A stretch of DNA of 64,000 bases, taken from assembly GCF_018977255.1 (NCBI RefSeq), contig NW_024704742.1, positions 31,992,001-32,056,000 of the forward strand, read 5' to 3'. Below, in pieces: positions 1 through 18,140 of this stretch (position 1 is the stretch's first letter; each line of letters begins with the position of its first letter). The position numbers and the translations under genes were made by a program. Source of the stretch: Callorhinchus milii (Eukaryota). The notes beneath the pieces were generated by a model. It had not been told where the DNA came from, did no database searches, and saw only the letters and a list, made by a program, of their open reading frames with translations.

Positions 1-855
1 TAGAAAGCGTCACTGATAATGGTTGTGCTGATATACAATTTGGAGACCTGACTCCAAATAAATGCATTTAACTTGCCCAAAGATGCACATTTGGATCCGA
101 GATTGCCACTACGGAGGGAAATGGAATTGTACCTTTGGAATTCTTTCTGTGGTTCAGGGATGTGTTTATTATGAGGAAGAGTGTTGAGGTGAGATGATAA
201 CGCTATTTTCTGTATCAGACATTTCACCAGGATGACAAGGCTGCTGGCTCAACGTATTAAAGTAGGCAGTCATCGTGGATGATGCAGATAGTATGTGGAA
301 CTGGAAAGGGAAAAGTGAAAGAGCTGTATTAACAGTATTAACTGTTTACACAGAGCTGGTCTTTTCCAGTTTAGATCAAGGTAATCCAAGTAAAATCCAA
401 TCTTGTGGCCTCAGCTCACCTTGTATTGACCTGGTCCATGTTTTGAATTACACACCCGACATGCGTATGATTTTTAGTTTAGTAAAAGAACAGACTTCGA
501 CAGGCATCTGATTTGAGTGGCACTGATTTGCAGCACGAAGCTTTTAAGAAGACTTTATCCGGCAATGTGATCATAAATAACACTGGACCATTTACACTAG
601 CTATTGTAATGCACAACAGCTGCAATCGCCAAACATTTCAAACTTTCAGCAGCAGAGCACGGGCGATTAAGGGCCAAGGACCCTGTTTTCAAAAGAGAAA
701 TCTTTACCCCCTGCAACTTTGCCTTCAAGCTGCTGCTTATACTGTCAGAGGTTTTGCAGCGGCTCAATACGGTTATTGATGATCTCTATATTCTGAGGGA
801 AGCTTTGTGTTCAATAGGAACTGCAGAAAGAGAAAGCACATTTGCAAATAATCCT

Positions 856-1180
856 TCTTCGAGACGTCTCAAAGCGCTTCACAGAATAGACTGTAAAGTG
901 AACTGACTGTATATTTTGTGGGCAAAATGCAGCAGCCAATTGCGCACAGCAGTGACCCATTGTGGATTCAGTGACCAAATTAGTATTATTGTTATTTTTG
1001 AAGGGTTATTACCCTTGGAAAAGTGATCCGAAATCAACCAACAACCAGGTTCCTACTTACTGCTAGGTAAACAGAGGAGTGTCGAGTAACAAAACTTGCC
1101 TAAAGTTACGCCCTGCCCGAGAATCAAACCAAGGTCCTCTCGCTTGCGAGGCGAGTGCTCTAACCACTGAGCTACAGGAC
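856..1180 (-). mobile_element. tRNA-head SINE copy
   Basis: Reverse-complement tRNA-like head (GTCCTGTAGCTCAGTGGTTAGAGCACTCGCC...) at ~1120-1180 plus the body/tail shared with many copies in the window. Confidence 0.8.
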
Positions 1181-1456
1181 ACTGACAGCTGCTCGTTCTG
1201 CGCAGGGTTAGTGTGTGTTGGTGCAGGTGGTCCTGGCCACAGCGCCCCTTAATGCCCCTGGAGGACTGATGGCTGCACAGTCACCCCGGATATAGAGCCA
1301 CTGAGCTCTTTCCCCTTGGAGTGACCATATATTTGGAGTTTACTGTATTGTCAATATTGGTCACAACGAAGTCCATGACCTGCTCACATTTGAAACAAAA
1401 AGTAGAATTTGTTTCACAGAAAACTTTTTAATGAAGCAATTTAACCCATTGTCATT

Positions 1457-1570
1457 GTGTTTACTACGTTTGCACCACTGTTCTCTATGTTTGTGCCACT
1501 GTTCACTATGTTTGTGTCAGTGTGTTCACTATGTTTGTGTCAGTGTGTTCACTATGTTTGTGTCAGTGTG
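1457..1570. repeat. 21-23 bp minisatellite (TGTTCACTATGTTTGTGTCAGTG)n, ~5 units
   Basis: Three near-perfect 23-mers at ~1500-1570 preceded by two diverged 21-mers. Confidence 0.85.
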
Positions 1571-3173
1571 CCCAAGTTTATTTCAGAGCAGTTTTCTTTT
1601 TACTCTTCCTGGTTAATTATAGCAAATGAAGGAAAATCAACCCCAGTGTCCCCTGGCACTCCTGGTCAGTGAATGTTGTGGAAAGAACTTGAGAATGGAT
1701 GTTGGTTAGGTGAGTTTTTGCTCCAAGTAGCACAGTGTTACCTAGTATTCAAGAGCGCCGCTGGGATTGTCACCTGGGCAGAATACAGGAGGCTAAAGAG
1801 CACCTTTAGCAGCATATCTCAGAAACCTGTGCACCTTCAGGAAGTCAGAGAGGAAAACTGATGAGACAGGAATTAATCGCACACTTCATAATCAATAATT
1901 TTTCACTAAAAAAATTCTCTCAATTTGCTATTACAAAACCTCTCCGGTGAGGTGAGAGCTAGAGTTTGGGCCACTGTGGGAATATGTAGGAGTTGTATCC
2001 CCCTCTCCACTCAATCCTCAGGCCAGAGGTGCAAGCCATAAAGAAGAAATTGCATTGGCAGAGGGGAGGCAATGATCAATGGAGATCACCAGCCTGGAAG
2101 GAACTTGTGTGACCCAGGGCTGAGGAAAGAGAGGTTTTGGCAGAAACCTGATTTTTCTGCAGCTCAAAAACAGGAAACAAAGAATGAAGAACAGGCACAA
2201 CTTTCTTACCTTGTAAAATGGCGTTAAAAACCGTGTCAGTGTTTGATTACAAATAACCTATTTTCAGGTCTACAATACAAAGAAAATCGCAAGGTCACAA
2301 GAGAAGTGTGGATAAAGAAACCTATCGGCCCATTTGACCTCATCCTTCCAGAATACCCATCCTGCCATCTATCCATTACTGTATCATGTTGTTGGTTAAG
2401 GCACTCTACCAAATGCAAGGAATATTATTATTATTATTATTATAAGTGAATCCAATGCCCTTGCTTCAACCACTCTTCCTCATACCCCATTGCAGTTGTA
2501 CAGAAATACTCAATGGTCTTCCAACATTGCCCTCACCACACCTTGAACCTGTGACCTCTTGTTCTGCTGATGTGGCCTCACTCAAGGGATTGTTCCGAAT
2601 GACTTTCTCTGTCATATTCCTTTCTAAGGTTCCCTCTGAGAATTTTGTACTGCTGGTTGAAGAACCCTGGCTCTCTATCTTGTGAGGACTGCTTTGGAAG
2701 AATGAGGGGTCATCCAGGAACATGAATTTGGTGATTTAAATTTCAGTACTTGAAGCCAAAATACATAATATTAAAACAATTGAAATAAAGAACAAAAAAA
2801 AGGCCATGTGGCAAAAGGAATGTCTGGCTTGTGTTGCAAATCCTGTGGTGTTACCATGGCAATGATATTGTCGGAGGAAAATCAAAGCTAGCAACAGAAG
2901 TCCAAATTTTCTTTGTGAATTTCACAAAGAAATCACTGGCAAGCGAAAACTTGATGTAAAAGTTTTCCAACAAAACATTTTTCCTTATTGCAAACATGGT
3001 ACCATTTATTCATACACTGTATATATAAATATTGTACATTTATTTGTTTAAGATGATGCCGTCTCCATGGGGACAGCTATTGTTTTTTCTCAATTGGCGT
3101 TGATCATTGTTTTTGCTCTGTGCCCTCTCTGGGGAAACAACGCTGCCTTAACTCTGTAGTACCTCCACATCAT

Positions 3174-3540
3174 GGAGTCCTATAGCTCAGGAGTTACAGC
3201 ACTCGCCTTGCAAGTGAGAGACCTGGGTTCGATTCCCGGCAGGGTAAGATGTTGGGCAAGTTTCCTTACTCCACACACCTCTGTTTACCTAACAGTAAGT
3301 AGGAACCCAGTTGTTATTCGATTAACAGAACTTTTTGCCAGAGGTAACAATTCCTTCAAAAAGCACAATAATAATAATTTGGTCACTCAATCCACGACTG
3401 TTTGTGGGACGCTGCTGTGTGCAATTGGCTGCTGCATTTTGCCCACAAATATACAGTCAATTCACTTTACAGTATATTCTGTGAAACGCTTTGAGACGTC
3501 TCGAAGAAGTGATAAGGCGCTATATCAAATGCAAGGATAT
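3174..3540 (+). mobile_element. Full-length tRNA-head SINE
   Basis: A-box-like TAGCTCAG, B-box GGTTCGATTCCC, TGC anticodon-like loop; tail ...GCGCTATATCAAATGCAAGGAT. Confidence 0.85.
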
Positions 3541-3844
3541 ATACTCTGGTAAAAAGTTTACACTCTAGTTTTGAATTGAATATCAGTGGTGGAGAAGAGG
3601 ATGCACGTACAAAACACATTTTCTACTTTTCATACTTTTGTATTGTTATTGTTAGCTCTATATTCATTATGTAAAATTCAAAAAACGCTTAATTTTACAA
3701 TATATTCTGTGAACCACTTTGAGATGTCTCAATGATATGACAAGGCTCTATATTAAATTCAAGGATTATTATAACGTGTGCTACTTTTATCAATCTCAAT
3801 TTGTTCTAACCTCCCTAAAGGCATTATATCAAATAAGGATATTA

Positions 3845-6719
<2,875 letters not shown>

Positions 6720-9311
6720 GGGCCGGTCCCTGCAAGGGCCGGTCCCTGCAAGGGCCGGTCCCTGCAAGGGCCGGTCCCTGCAAGGGCCGGTCCCTGCAGC
6801 CGGTCCCTGCAAGGGCCGGTCCCTGCAAGGGCCGGTCCCTGCAAGGGCCGGTCCCAGGGCCGGTCCCTGCAAGGGCCGGTCCCTGCAAGGGCCGGTCCCT
6901 GCAAGGGCCGGTCCCTGCAAGGGCCGGTCCCTGCAAGGGCCGGTCCCTGCAAGGGCCGGTCCCTGCAAGGGCCGGTCCCTGCAAGGGCCGGTCCCTGCAA
7001 GGGCCGGTCCCTGCAAGGGCCGGTCCCTGCAAGGGCCGGTCCCTGCAAGGGCCGGTCCCTGCAAGGGCCGGTCCCTGCAAGGGCCGGTCCCTGCAAGGGC
7101 CGGTCCCTGCAAGGGCCGGTCCCTGCAAGGGCCGGTCCCTGCAAGGGCCGGTCCCTGCAAGGGCCGGTCCCTGCAAGGGCCGGTCCCTGCAAGGGCCGGT
7201 CCCTGCAAGGGCCGGTCCCTGCAAGGGCCGGTCCCTGCAAGGGCCGGTCCCTGCAAGGGCCGGTCCCTGCAAGGGCCGGTCCCTGCAAGGGCCGGTCCCT
7301 GCAAGGGCCGGTCCCTGCAAGGGCCGGTCCCTGCAAGGGCCGGTCCCTGCAAGGGCCGGTCCCTGCAAGGGCCGGTCCCTGCAAGGGCCGGTCCCTGCAA
7401 GGGCCGGTCCCTGCAAGGGCCGGTCCCTGCAAGGGCCGGTCCCTGCAAGGGCCGGTCCCTGCAAGGGCCGGTCCCTGCAAGGGCCGGTCCCTGCAAGGCC
7501 GGTCTCTGCAAGGCCGGTCCCTGCAAGGGCCGGTCCCTGCAAGGGCCGGTCCCTGCAAGGGCCGGTCCCTGCAAGGGCCGGTCCCTGCAAGGGCCGGTCC
7601 CTGCAAGGGCCGGTCCCTGCAAGGGCCGGTCCCTGCAAGGGCCGGTCCCTGCAAGGGCCGGTCCCTGCAAGGGCCGGTCCCTGCAAGGGCCGGTCCCTGC
7701 AAGGGCCGGTCCCTGCAAGGGCCGGTCCCTGCAAGGGCCGGTCCCTGCAAGGGCCGGTCCCTGCAAGGGCCGGTCCCTGCAAGGGCCGGTCCCTGCAAGG
7801 GCCGGTCCCTGCAAGGGCCGGTCCCTGCAAGGGCCGGTCCCTGCAAGGGCCGGTCCCTGCAAGGGCCGGTCCCTGCAAGGGCCGGTCCCTGCAAGGGCCG
7901 TCCCTGCAAGGGCCGGTCCCTGCAAGGGCCGGTCCCTGCAAGGGCCGGTCCCTGCAAGGGCCGGTCCCTGCAAGGGCCGGTCCCTGCAAGGGCCGGTCCC
8001 TGCAAGGGCCGGTCCCTGCAAGGGCCGGTCCCTGCAAGGGCCGGTCCCTGCAAGGGCCGGTCCCTGCAAGGGCCGGTCCCTGCAAGGGCCGGTCCCTGCA
8101 AGGGCCGGTCCCTGCAAGGGCCGGTCCCTGCAAGGGCCGGTCCCTGCAAGGGCCGGTCCCTGCAAGGGCCGGTCCCTGCAAGGGCCGGTCCCTGCAAGGG
8201 CCGGTCCCTGCAAGGGCCGGTCCCTGCAAGGGCCGGTCCCTGCAAGGGCCGGTCCCTGCAAGGGCCGGTCCCTGCAAGGGCCGGTCCCTGCAAGGGCCGG
8301 TCCCTGCAAGGGCCGGTCCCTGCAAGGGCCGGTCCCTGCAAGGGCCGGTCCCTGCAAGGGCCGGTCCCTGCAAGGGCCGGTCCCTGCAAGGGCCGGTCCC
8401 TGCAAGGGCCGGTCCCTGCAAGGGCCGGTCCCTGCAAGGGCCGGTCCCTGCAAGGGCCGGTCCCTGCAAGGGCCGGTCCCTGCAAGGGCCGGTCCCTGCA
8501 AGGGCCGGTCCCTGCAAGGGCCGGTCCCTGCAAGGGCCGGTCCCTGCAAGGGCCGGTCCCTGCAAGGGCCGGTCCCTGCAAGGGCCGGTCCCTGCAAGGG
8601 CCGGTCCCTGCAAGGGCCGGTCCCTGCAAGGGCCGGTCCCTGCAAGGGCCGGTCCCTGCAAGGGCCGGTCCCTGCAAGGGCCGGTCCCTGCAAGGGCCGG
8701 TCCCTGCAAGGGCCGGTCCCTGCAAGGGCCGGTCCCTGCAAGGGCCGGTCCCTGCAAGGGCCGGTCCCTGCAAGGGCCGGTCCCTGCAAGGGCCGGTCCC
8801 TGCAAGGGCCGGTCCCTGCAAGGGCCGGTCCCTGCAAGGGCCGGTCCCTGCAAGGGCCGGTCCCTGCAAGGGCCGGTCCCTGCAAGGGCCGGTCCCTGCA
8901 AGGGCCGGTCCCTGCAAGGGCCGGTCCCTGCAAGGGCCGGTCCCTGCAAGGGCCGGTCCCTGCAAGGGCCGGTCCCTGCAAGGGCCGGTCCCTGCAAGGG
9001 CCGGTCCCTGCAAGGGCCGGTCCCTGCAAGGGCCGGTCCCTGCAAGGGCCGGTCCCTGCAAGGGCCGGTCCCTGCAAGGGCCGGTCCCTGCAAGGGCCGG
9101 TCCCTGCAAGGGCCGGTCCCTGCAAGGGCCGGTCCCTGCAAGGGCCGGTCCCTGCAAGGGCCGGTCCCTGCAAGGGCCGGTCCCTGCAAGGGCCGGTCCC
9201 TGCAAGGGCCGGTCCCTGCAAGGGCCGGTCCCTGCAAGGGCCGGTCCCTGCAAGGGCCGGTCCCTGCAAGGGCCGGTCCCTGCAAGGGCCGGTCCCTGCA
9301 AGGGCCGGTCC
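6720..9311. repeat. 16-bp satellite array (GGGCCGGTCCCTGCAA)n, ~160 units, ending at an assembly gap
   Basis: Near-perfect tandem 16-mer with a few variant units (~6797, ~6855, ~7497-7513, ~7899); followed by N gap 9312-9341. Confidence 0.98.
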
Positions 9312-9772
9312 NNNNNNNNNNNNNNNNNNNNNNNNNNNNNNACGTGACCACTTGAACCAGGTTCTCACAAGAGAATAGAGCGATATCCTCCGAACCCTTA
9401 TTACCGGTGTCGGAAAGCCTTTGTCTTGTCAACATTAAAAACATAAGAAATAGGAGCAGGAGAGGCCATTCGGCCTCTCAAGCCTGCCCCGCCATTTAAT
9501 AAGACCATGGCTGATCTTCTAACCTAATTCCAGTTACCCGCCCTATCCCCATATCCCTTAATCCCTTGAGTTTTTAAAAATCAATCTCAGTCTTGAATAT
9601 GTTCAATGACATCCTGATGGAAGAGCTCCCTCTTTCACCAATACTGGTGCCAGTGGTCCACAAAATAAGGCATTATACAAATGCAAGTTCTTCCTTTTCT
9701 CCAGCCAGATCTTGTTGCATGTGGAGTCCCAGTACACAGCAAGTACACTTAGCTAAAACCTGCTTCTTTTAA

Positions 9773-12676
<2,904 letters not shown>

Positions 12677-13004
12677 ATTACACCTAAATTTTACTACAAG
12701 AACTGAAGATACTCTGCAGCTAAGCTACTGACTGGATAAAATTGAGCTTTTATTTTAGAGGTTACAGCCTGATTCCAATGAAATGTAGGTGCATTTTGTT
12801 TTTATAATGAATGTGTAAAGTAGGTAGGTCTTAAAACTATTCAAAACTTCAGTCCACATAAAATGGTTCTGAAAATTAGTGTAACTTTTAAATATTTGAT
12901 TAAAAGTACTGAAGTTTGAAATCATAGTAATATTGTGTATGTGGAATCCATACTTTTGTTAAAATTCATAAACTCCTTCCTATTATCTCTCAATTATCTC
13001 TCGT

Positions 13005-13326
13005 GGAGACCTGTAGCTCAGTGGTTAGAGCACTCGCTTTGCAAGTGAGAGACCTGAGTTCAATTCCAGGCAGGGCGAAACCTTGGGCAAGTTTCCTTAC
13101 TCCACACAGAGCCTAATAATAATCCCTCCAAAAACAAAAACAATAATAAATTGGTCATTTTCAATCTACGACTGTTTGTGGGGCATTGCTGTGCGCAATT
13201 GGCTGCCGCGTTCGCCCACAAATATACAGTCAATTCACTTTACAGTGTGTTCTGTGAAGCGCTTTGGGACTTCCTCCCGACGTGAAAAGCGCTATATCAA
13301 ATGCAAGGAAAAAAAGAAAAAAAAAN
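13005..13326 (+). mobile_element. tRNA-head SINE inserted downstream of the ACAT2 stop in copy B only
   Basis: Head TAGCTCAGTGGTTAGAGCAC...GAGTTCAATTCC and A-rich tail; empty site in copy D at ~37405-37420. Confidence 0.9.
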
Positions 13327-14127
13327 TTTCAGGTTGACCATTTTTTTCTTTATGAAATAAATTGCTCAATGTACCATTGCTGAATCTTGTAAACTGACTC
13401 TCAAATTACATCCAGTGCCAGTATTTATAGAAGGGCAAGATGGTTGAATACATGTGAGAAAGCAGGGGAACATTCATTGTATTTTAATTTTGCTTTAATT
13501 GATTTACAAATGCTGCCCTAATACTTTTGAGCATTTTATCATTCCCCATGGTAAGATCAGCAACCAAGAATCAGAGAGGTTACTTATTTGGGGAGATAAT
13601 AATCATCCTTGTATTTGATATAGTGCCTTATTACATCCTTCCCCAGTAGTATTTTTAATTAATGTTTTCCCCAGTGAATTTGTGTGAGGGAGAAATCATG
13701 TCCACAATGAAATAACATACACAATTAATTAGATTTGAAAAGACCAGAAGCACAACATCAACGTTTATTCATGAAATTAAGGTGCTCTCTTAACAGCTCC
13801 CTACATAGATGGGCTGATCACTTGACAACTGTCACATTTTATTTCTGAAGGAGCTTGAAGCACAACTGTCAATGTACAGGAAATAATTTTGCACAAATAA
13901 CTTGAAAGAGTTGACTATAGGTAACAAAGTAAGAGGTCTTTTAAATCCGGTTTGTGCCAAATAGCACTAAACAAGCATAGTAAATTAAACAGAGCACTAA
14001 ACAAGTGGCACTGAATTTCAGACAAGCATGACAAGCTGCTCAATCTAGAACAGAAGTACAAGAAGCACCTGATGGATGCCAAGAGTTAAACATAAATTAT
14101 AATAGCTGATTTTAGAACTCAGGTGCT

Positions 14128-15786
14128 TCAGCCATTAAGCTCTCCACTTTGAACTGCATTTTGGTAACTCTTTCCTTTGTCTTGCTTTTCATCTGGGTAA
14201 AGTTTGATGAGATCATCAATTCGCAGGATGGTTATAGCAGCTTCTGTTGCAAACTTCAGACTCTTGACTTTAACCATAGTAGGCTCAAAGACACCAGCTT
14301 GTTTGTTGTCCCTTGGCTTCCCATTCAATAAATCAAGACCAATCCTGCACAAGCAAAATGTCAATTTGATTAACACTGTTTTAATAGCCAGTCACTACAA
14401 TATTAGTAAAACATTCATAATTTCCGATTGAATTCTGACAACTCAGCCATAAAAGTTACTTTAACAAGATGGAGAAAATCAATTTTGCACTTTACTGCTA
14501 TCTGGGGCACCAGGTCACCAAAAATCAATGATTGCTCATGAATTGCAACAATGTTCAAATTTAGTTTCATCGCTGATTCAGACAACAATGGGTCTCAAGT
14601 CACAATCTTTTGCAGACCACAGTACAATAAAATTTTTACCATTTCAAAGTTTTGCGATCAGGATTGACCTGAGCTTCGTTGTGGAATGCACGCAACTTTG
14701 CAACAAGGTCTGTAGAATCCTGAGCAGCATTCGCTGCCAGAGTCTTAGGAATAACCAACATGGCCCGGGCAAATTCTGCAATGGCAAGTTGTTCACGTGA
14801 TCCCTAAACAAAAAGACAACCAACAGTTAAATACATGAAGTACTTTTAACTTATTTTCTTAAAATAATTTTTAATACTGCAAATTAATAGGGACAGTAAT
14901 CCCTGGTTAATCAGCTCAAAGCATACGGTAAAAGTGCCCTCCCCCAATAATCTTGAAATACAATTAAACCCATACCAAACTAGTTGCATAGTTTTCCAGG
15001 TAGATGGAGAGTGCAGCTTCCACAGCCCCACCTCCTGGAACTAAAGACTTGGACTCAAGCACTCTCTTCACAACACAGAGTGCATCATGTAGGGAGCGCT
15101 CCATCTCATCACACATGAAATCATTTGCTCCTCGCAGAATGATTGATACAGAAGTACGGGCCTCTGTATGGAAAATTCAAATTAAACTTTACAACAATAG
15201 TACTTGTGAGGGTTGGGTGAAACTCATTTTAAAATGTCAGCATCAATTTATACCTCACTTTTAGAAATCAGAATCTAGATCCCTTTTTCAATCACCAACT
15301 TTGTGTGCCCTGCTCCTGAATGAACAATACCTATTGCTTATATACTGTTATGCAAAACAATATTCATTGCCGACTTAAACCAGGAACAAATGTGACAGTA
15401 CTACTTTCATCAGGAAACGGCTTAGATTATATTTATATGCACAACAAATTTAATCTGCATCTGTGCAGTCAATTTAAAAAAAATTCAACACAATTACAAT
15501 CCCAACATCTTTTTCAATTCTGCTACATTAACAGTAGCATTAAAAGATACTACACTGTGTACATTGGAGATAATTTTTTATGTTCAGCTAATGCATTACT
15601 GAGAAGACATCAGCAAGGTCTTCAGTCACACAAGGCTGAATATTCTCTATCCCAAGCGTACAACTGCTCATGCCACAGATATTAGCAGGGCAGCAAATAA
15701 ATGGGAGTTCAGTAAGTTGTACATGTTTTTCTTACTTTTTAACAAGCATCAGTTCATCATCGCATATCCTTTCTTGAACCACCTCC
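14128..15786 (-). pseudogene. TCP1: TCP1 (CCT1/TCP1-alpha) 3' fragment: exon 9 remnant 15736-15786, exon 10 14976-15168, exon 11 14640-14803, exon 12 14128-14344
   Basis: Peptides EVVQERICDDELMLVK / ARTSVSIILRGANDFMCDEMERSLHDALCVVKRVLESKSLVPGGGAVEAALSIYLENYATSL / GSREQLAIAEFAR...LKW / IGLDLLNGKPRDNKQAGVFEPTMVKVKSLKFATEAAITILRIDDLIKL; no upstream exons. Confidence 0.92.
15578..15708 (-). ncRNA. SNORA20: H/ACA snoRNA SNORA20 (ACA20) homolog in TCP1 intron 9, apparently full length
   Basis: Minus strand reads CTCCCATTTATTTGCTGC...GAGCAGTTGTACGCTTGGGAT, H box AGAGAA, then ACA+3 nt; ~131 nt. Matches my recollection of the mammalian SNORA20 5' hairpin and its TCP1 host. Confidence 0.8.
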
Positions 15787-15893
15787 GGCCGTGGCAGGGA
15801 CCGGCCCTGGCAGGGACCGGCCCTGGCAGGGAGCGGCCCTGGCAGGGACCGTCCCTGGCAGGGACCCGCCCTGGCTGGGACCCGCCCTGGCAG
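15787..15893. repeat. Short diverged array of the 16-bp satellite (GGCAGGGACCGGCCCT variant), ~6 units
   Basis: Units such as GGCAGGGACCGGCCCT, GGCAGGGAGCGGCCCT, GGCAGGGACCCGCCCT between TCP1 exon 9 and an L2 LINE. Confidence 0.9.
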
Positions 15894-16800
15894 AGATGCT
15901 GGAGGCCCAACTCGTGATGGTGGGGTGGGTCGGGCAATAGACATGGTGCAGGCCGGAGCCTGCTGAGCGGAAGGAGCTTACAGGTCGGAGCGGTAGGAGG
16001 GGGAAAGATCATGGAAGGCATTAAAGGTGAGGGCCAGAGTTTTGAATTCGATCCTCTGAGGGATGGGGAGCCAGTGGAGCTGGGCGAGGGTGGGTGTGAC
16101 TGGGTCATGGAATCTGGTGCGGGAGAGAACACAAGCTGCAGAGTTCTGGATAATCCGCAGCATGTGGAGGGAAAAGTTGGGAAGGCCGACCAGCAGGGCA
16201 TTGGCATAGTGGAGCATGGTTGCAATGAAGGCATATATGAGGGTTTCGGCGGCCTGAGGCTGTGGCAGACTCGGACAATGTTACGGAGGTGAGGGAAGGC
16301 AGAGCGGGTCATGGCACGGATGTGGGGGAGAAAGGACAGTTGAGGGTCAAACACGATGCCTAGGTTCCTAAGTGGCTTCATGAGATGGAGTGTGCATCTG
16401 TGGATGCTAATGCTGCCGGTGCTGAGGGTGCGGAGGCGCTGGCGTGAGCCAATCAGGAGAGCCTCGGTCTTGCTGTCGATGAACGGTAGAAAGTTGGCTA
16501 GATCAATGGTCCTGGGGTCAAGGATGGAGGCAGAGAGATAGAGTTGGGTATCATCCGCCTAAATGTGGAAATTGACCCCATGTCTGCGGATGTTGTCACC
16601 AAGTGGGAGCATGTACAGGTAGAAGAACAGAGGACAGAGCTCCGAGGAACACTGCAAGAGATGGTGCGTGGGCTGGAGGAGAAGCATTTTGTGGAGATAA
16701 AGTGGAGCCAGTGTTAGAGATAGGATCTAAACCATTCAAGGACAGAACCTCGAAGGTTATGGTGAGAGAAGAGGTGGTGGAGGAGGATAGAGTGGTCCAC
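15889..16800 (-). mobile_element. L2/CR1-clade LINE ORF2 (reverse transcriptase) fragment, degenerate
   Basis: Broken ORFs LRNLGIVFDPQLSFLPHI and YANALLVGLP...IQNSAACVL...LAQLHWLPIPQRIEFK; ADDTQLY-like codons near 16540. Confidence 0.88.
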
Positions 16801-17669
16801 AATATAATATATTATTTATATATAATAATATTAGTTCATTTGTCATCATTATTGTATAAGATCTATTACTTTTTAAATATTTTTTATTATTATTGCTGTA
16901 CCATTCTTCTTGTATCAAACTCTGCACGCTAATCATCTCAATGCTCGCCAGACTTTACTGGCTCCCTATCTCTGAAACGATCGATTTCAAGATCCCCACC
17001 CTCACATACATATCCCTTCAACCCCTACCATCTCATACCTCCCAGATTTGCTCATACCCCACTCCTCTGCCCTCCCTTTCACTCAACTGGCCTGTTGCAT
17101 GATCCCCAATACCTCCACACCACCAGTGGTAGCCAAGCCTGTACCCACTGAACAATGATTCAACCTCACACCAAGGTGGAGTTTGACAGAGAGGCCAGGG
17201 AGGTTGAGCAGGTCAGAGCCAGAGTGAGGAAATCTTTGCAGTATCTCAGGAGATGACTTCTCTCTTGACCGTGAATAGTTGAAGGACATTTTGGGACATC
17301 CAATCTTTGATAACCAATAGAGAAATGGACTAATGTCAATTCACCTGGTATCAAGAGTAGCGCCCTGAGATGTCTTCCGGCGTGGAGGGCGCTATATCAA
17401 TCCAAGTTGTTGTTGTTGTTCAAGAGTAGTCCTCGAGGTCCATGTCTAACGCCAGATACAAGGCTTGCTCAACAACAGCTGCTTAATCCAAACCCTCGTG
17501 CAGTAGCAAGGCAGGTCAATGTTGGAACTGGAACACAGACATTTTTTGGACAGTAGATGCTTTATGCACACATTGCGAAAATTCTGTCCCTTTCTCACCT
17601 CCTACACCCTCTCTTTGCCAATGTGTCTGTAGACATATGAAATCCCCATAATTTTAATGTTTTAATTCT

Positions 17670-18140
17670 TGTGGATTGAAGTGACCAAATTTTTTTTTGA
17701 GGATTATCAGGCGTGTGGACTAAGGTAACTTGCCCAAGGTTTCGCTGTGCCGGGAATCGAACCCAGGTCTCTTGCTTGAGAGGCGAGTGCTCTAACCACT
17801 GAGCTACAGGACTCCTACGTATAGCGCCTTATTATGTCTTCAGTACGTCTCAACGAAGTGAATTGACTGTATATTTTATGAGCAAAACACTTTCGCCATT
17901 TGCGCACAGCAGTGTGCCACAAACAGTCATGGAATGAGTAACCAATTTTTTTTAAGGGATTATTGTTCCCGAAAAAGCGATCCACCAATCGACTAACAAC
18001 TGGGTTCTCACTTACTGCTAGGTAAACAGAGGCATGTGGAGAAAGGAAACTTGCCTAACGTTTCACCTTGCCTGGGAATCAAACCCAGGTCCTCTCACTT
18101 GCGATATGAGTGCGCTAAGCAATATACTACAGGACTCCAC
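17670..18140 (-). mobile_element. Two adjacent tRNA-head SINE copies
   Basis: Reverse-complement heads ending at ~17815 and ~18138 with shared body sequence. Confidence 0.75.

Noticed and set aside
2018-2723. Possible minus-strand exons (48-nt 2210-2257 VICNQTLTRFLTPFYK with GTAAG donor; Ser/Thr-rich ORF 2466-2723)
   Set aside because: The implied intron is only 53 nt, the next segment hits a stop, and I recognise no protein; needs a homology search
6720-9311. Possible CRISPR array or telomeric repeat
   Set aside because: No spacers, no cas genes, eukaryotic context; the unit is not TTAGGG-like
9342-9410. Short unassigned segment after the gap containing CTTGAACCAGG, as at the 28830 junction
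   Set aside because: An 11-nt match at a contig edge is compatible with chance or low-quality sequence
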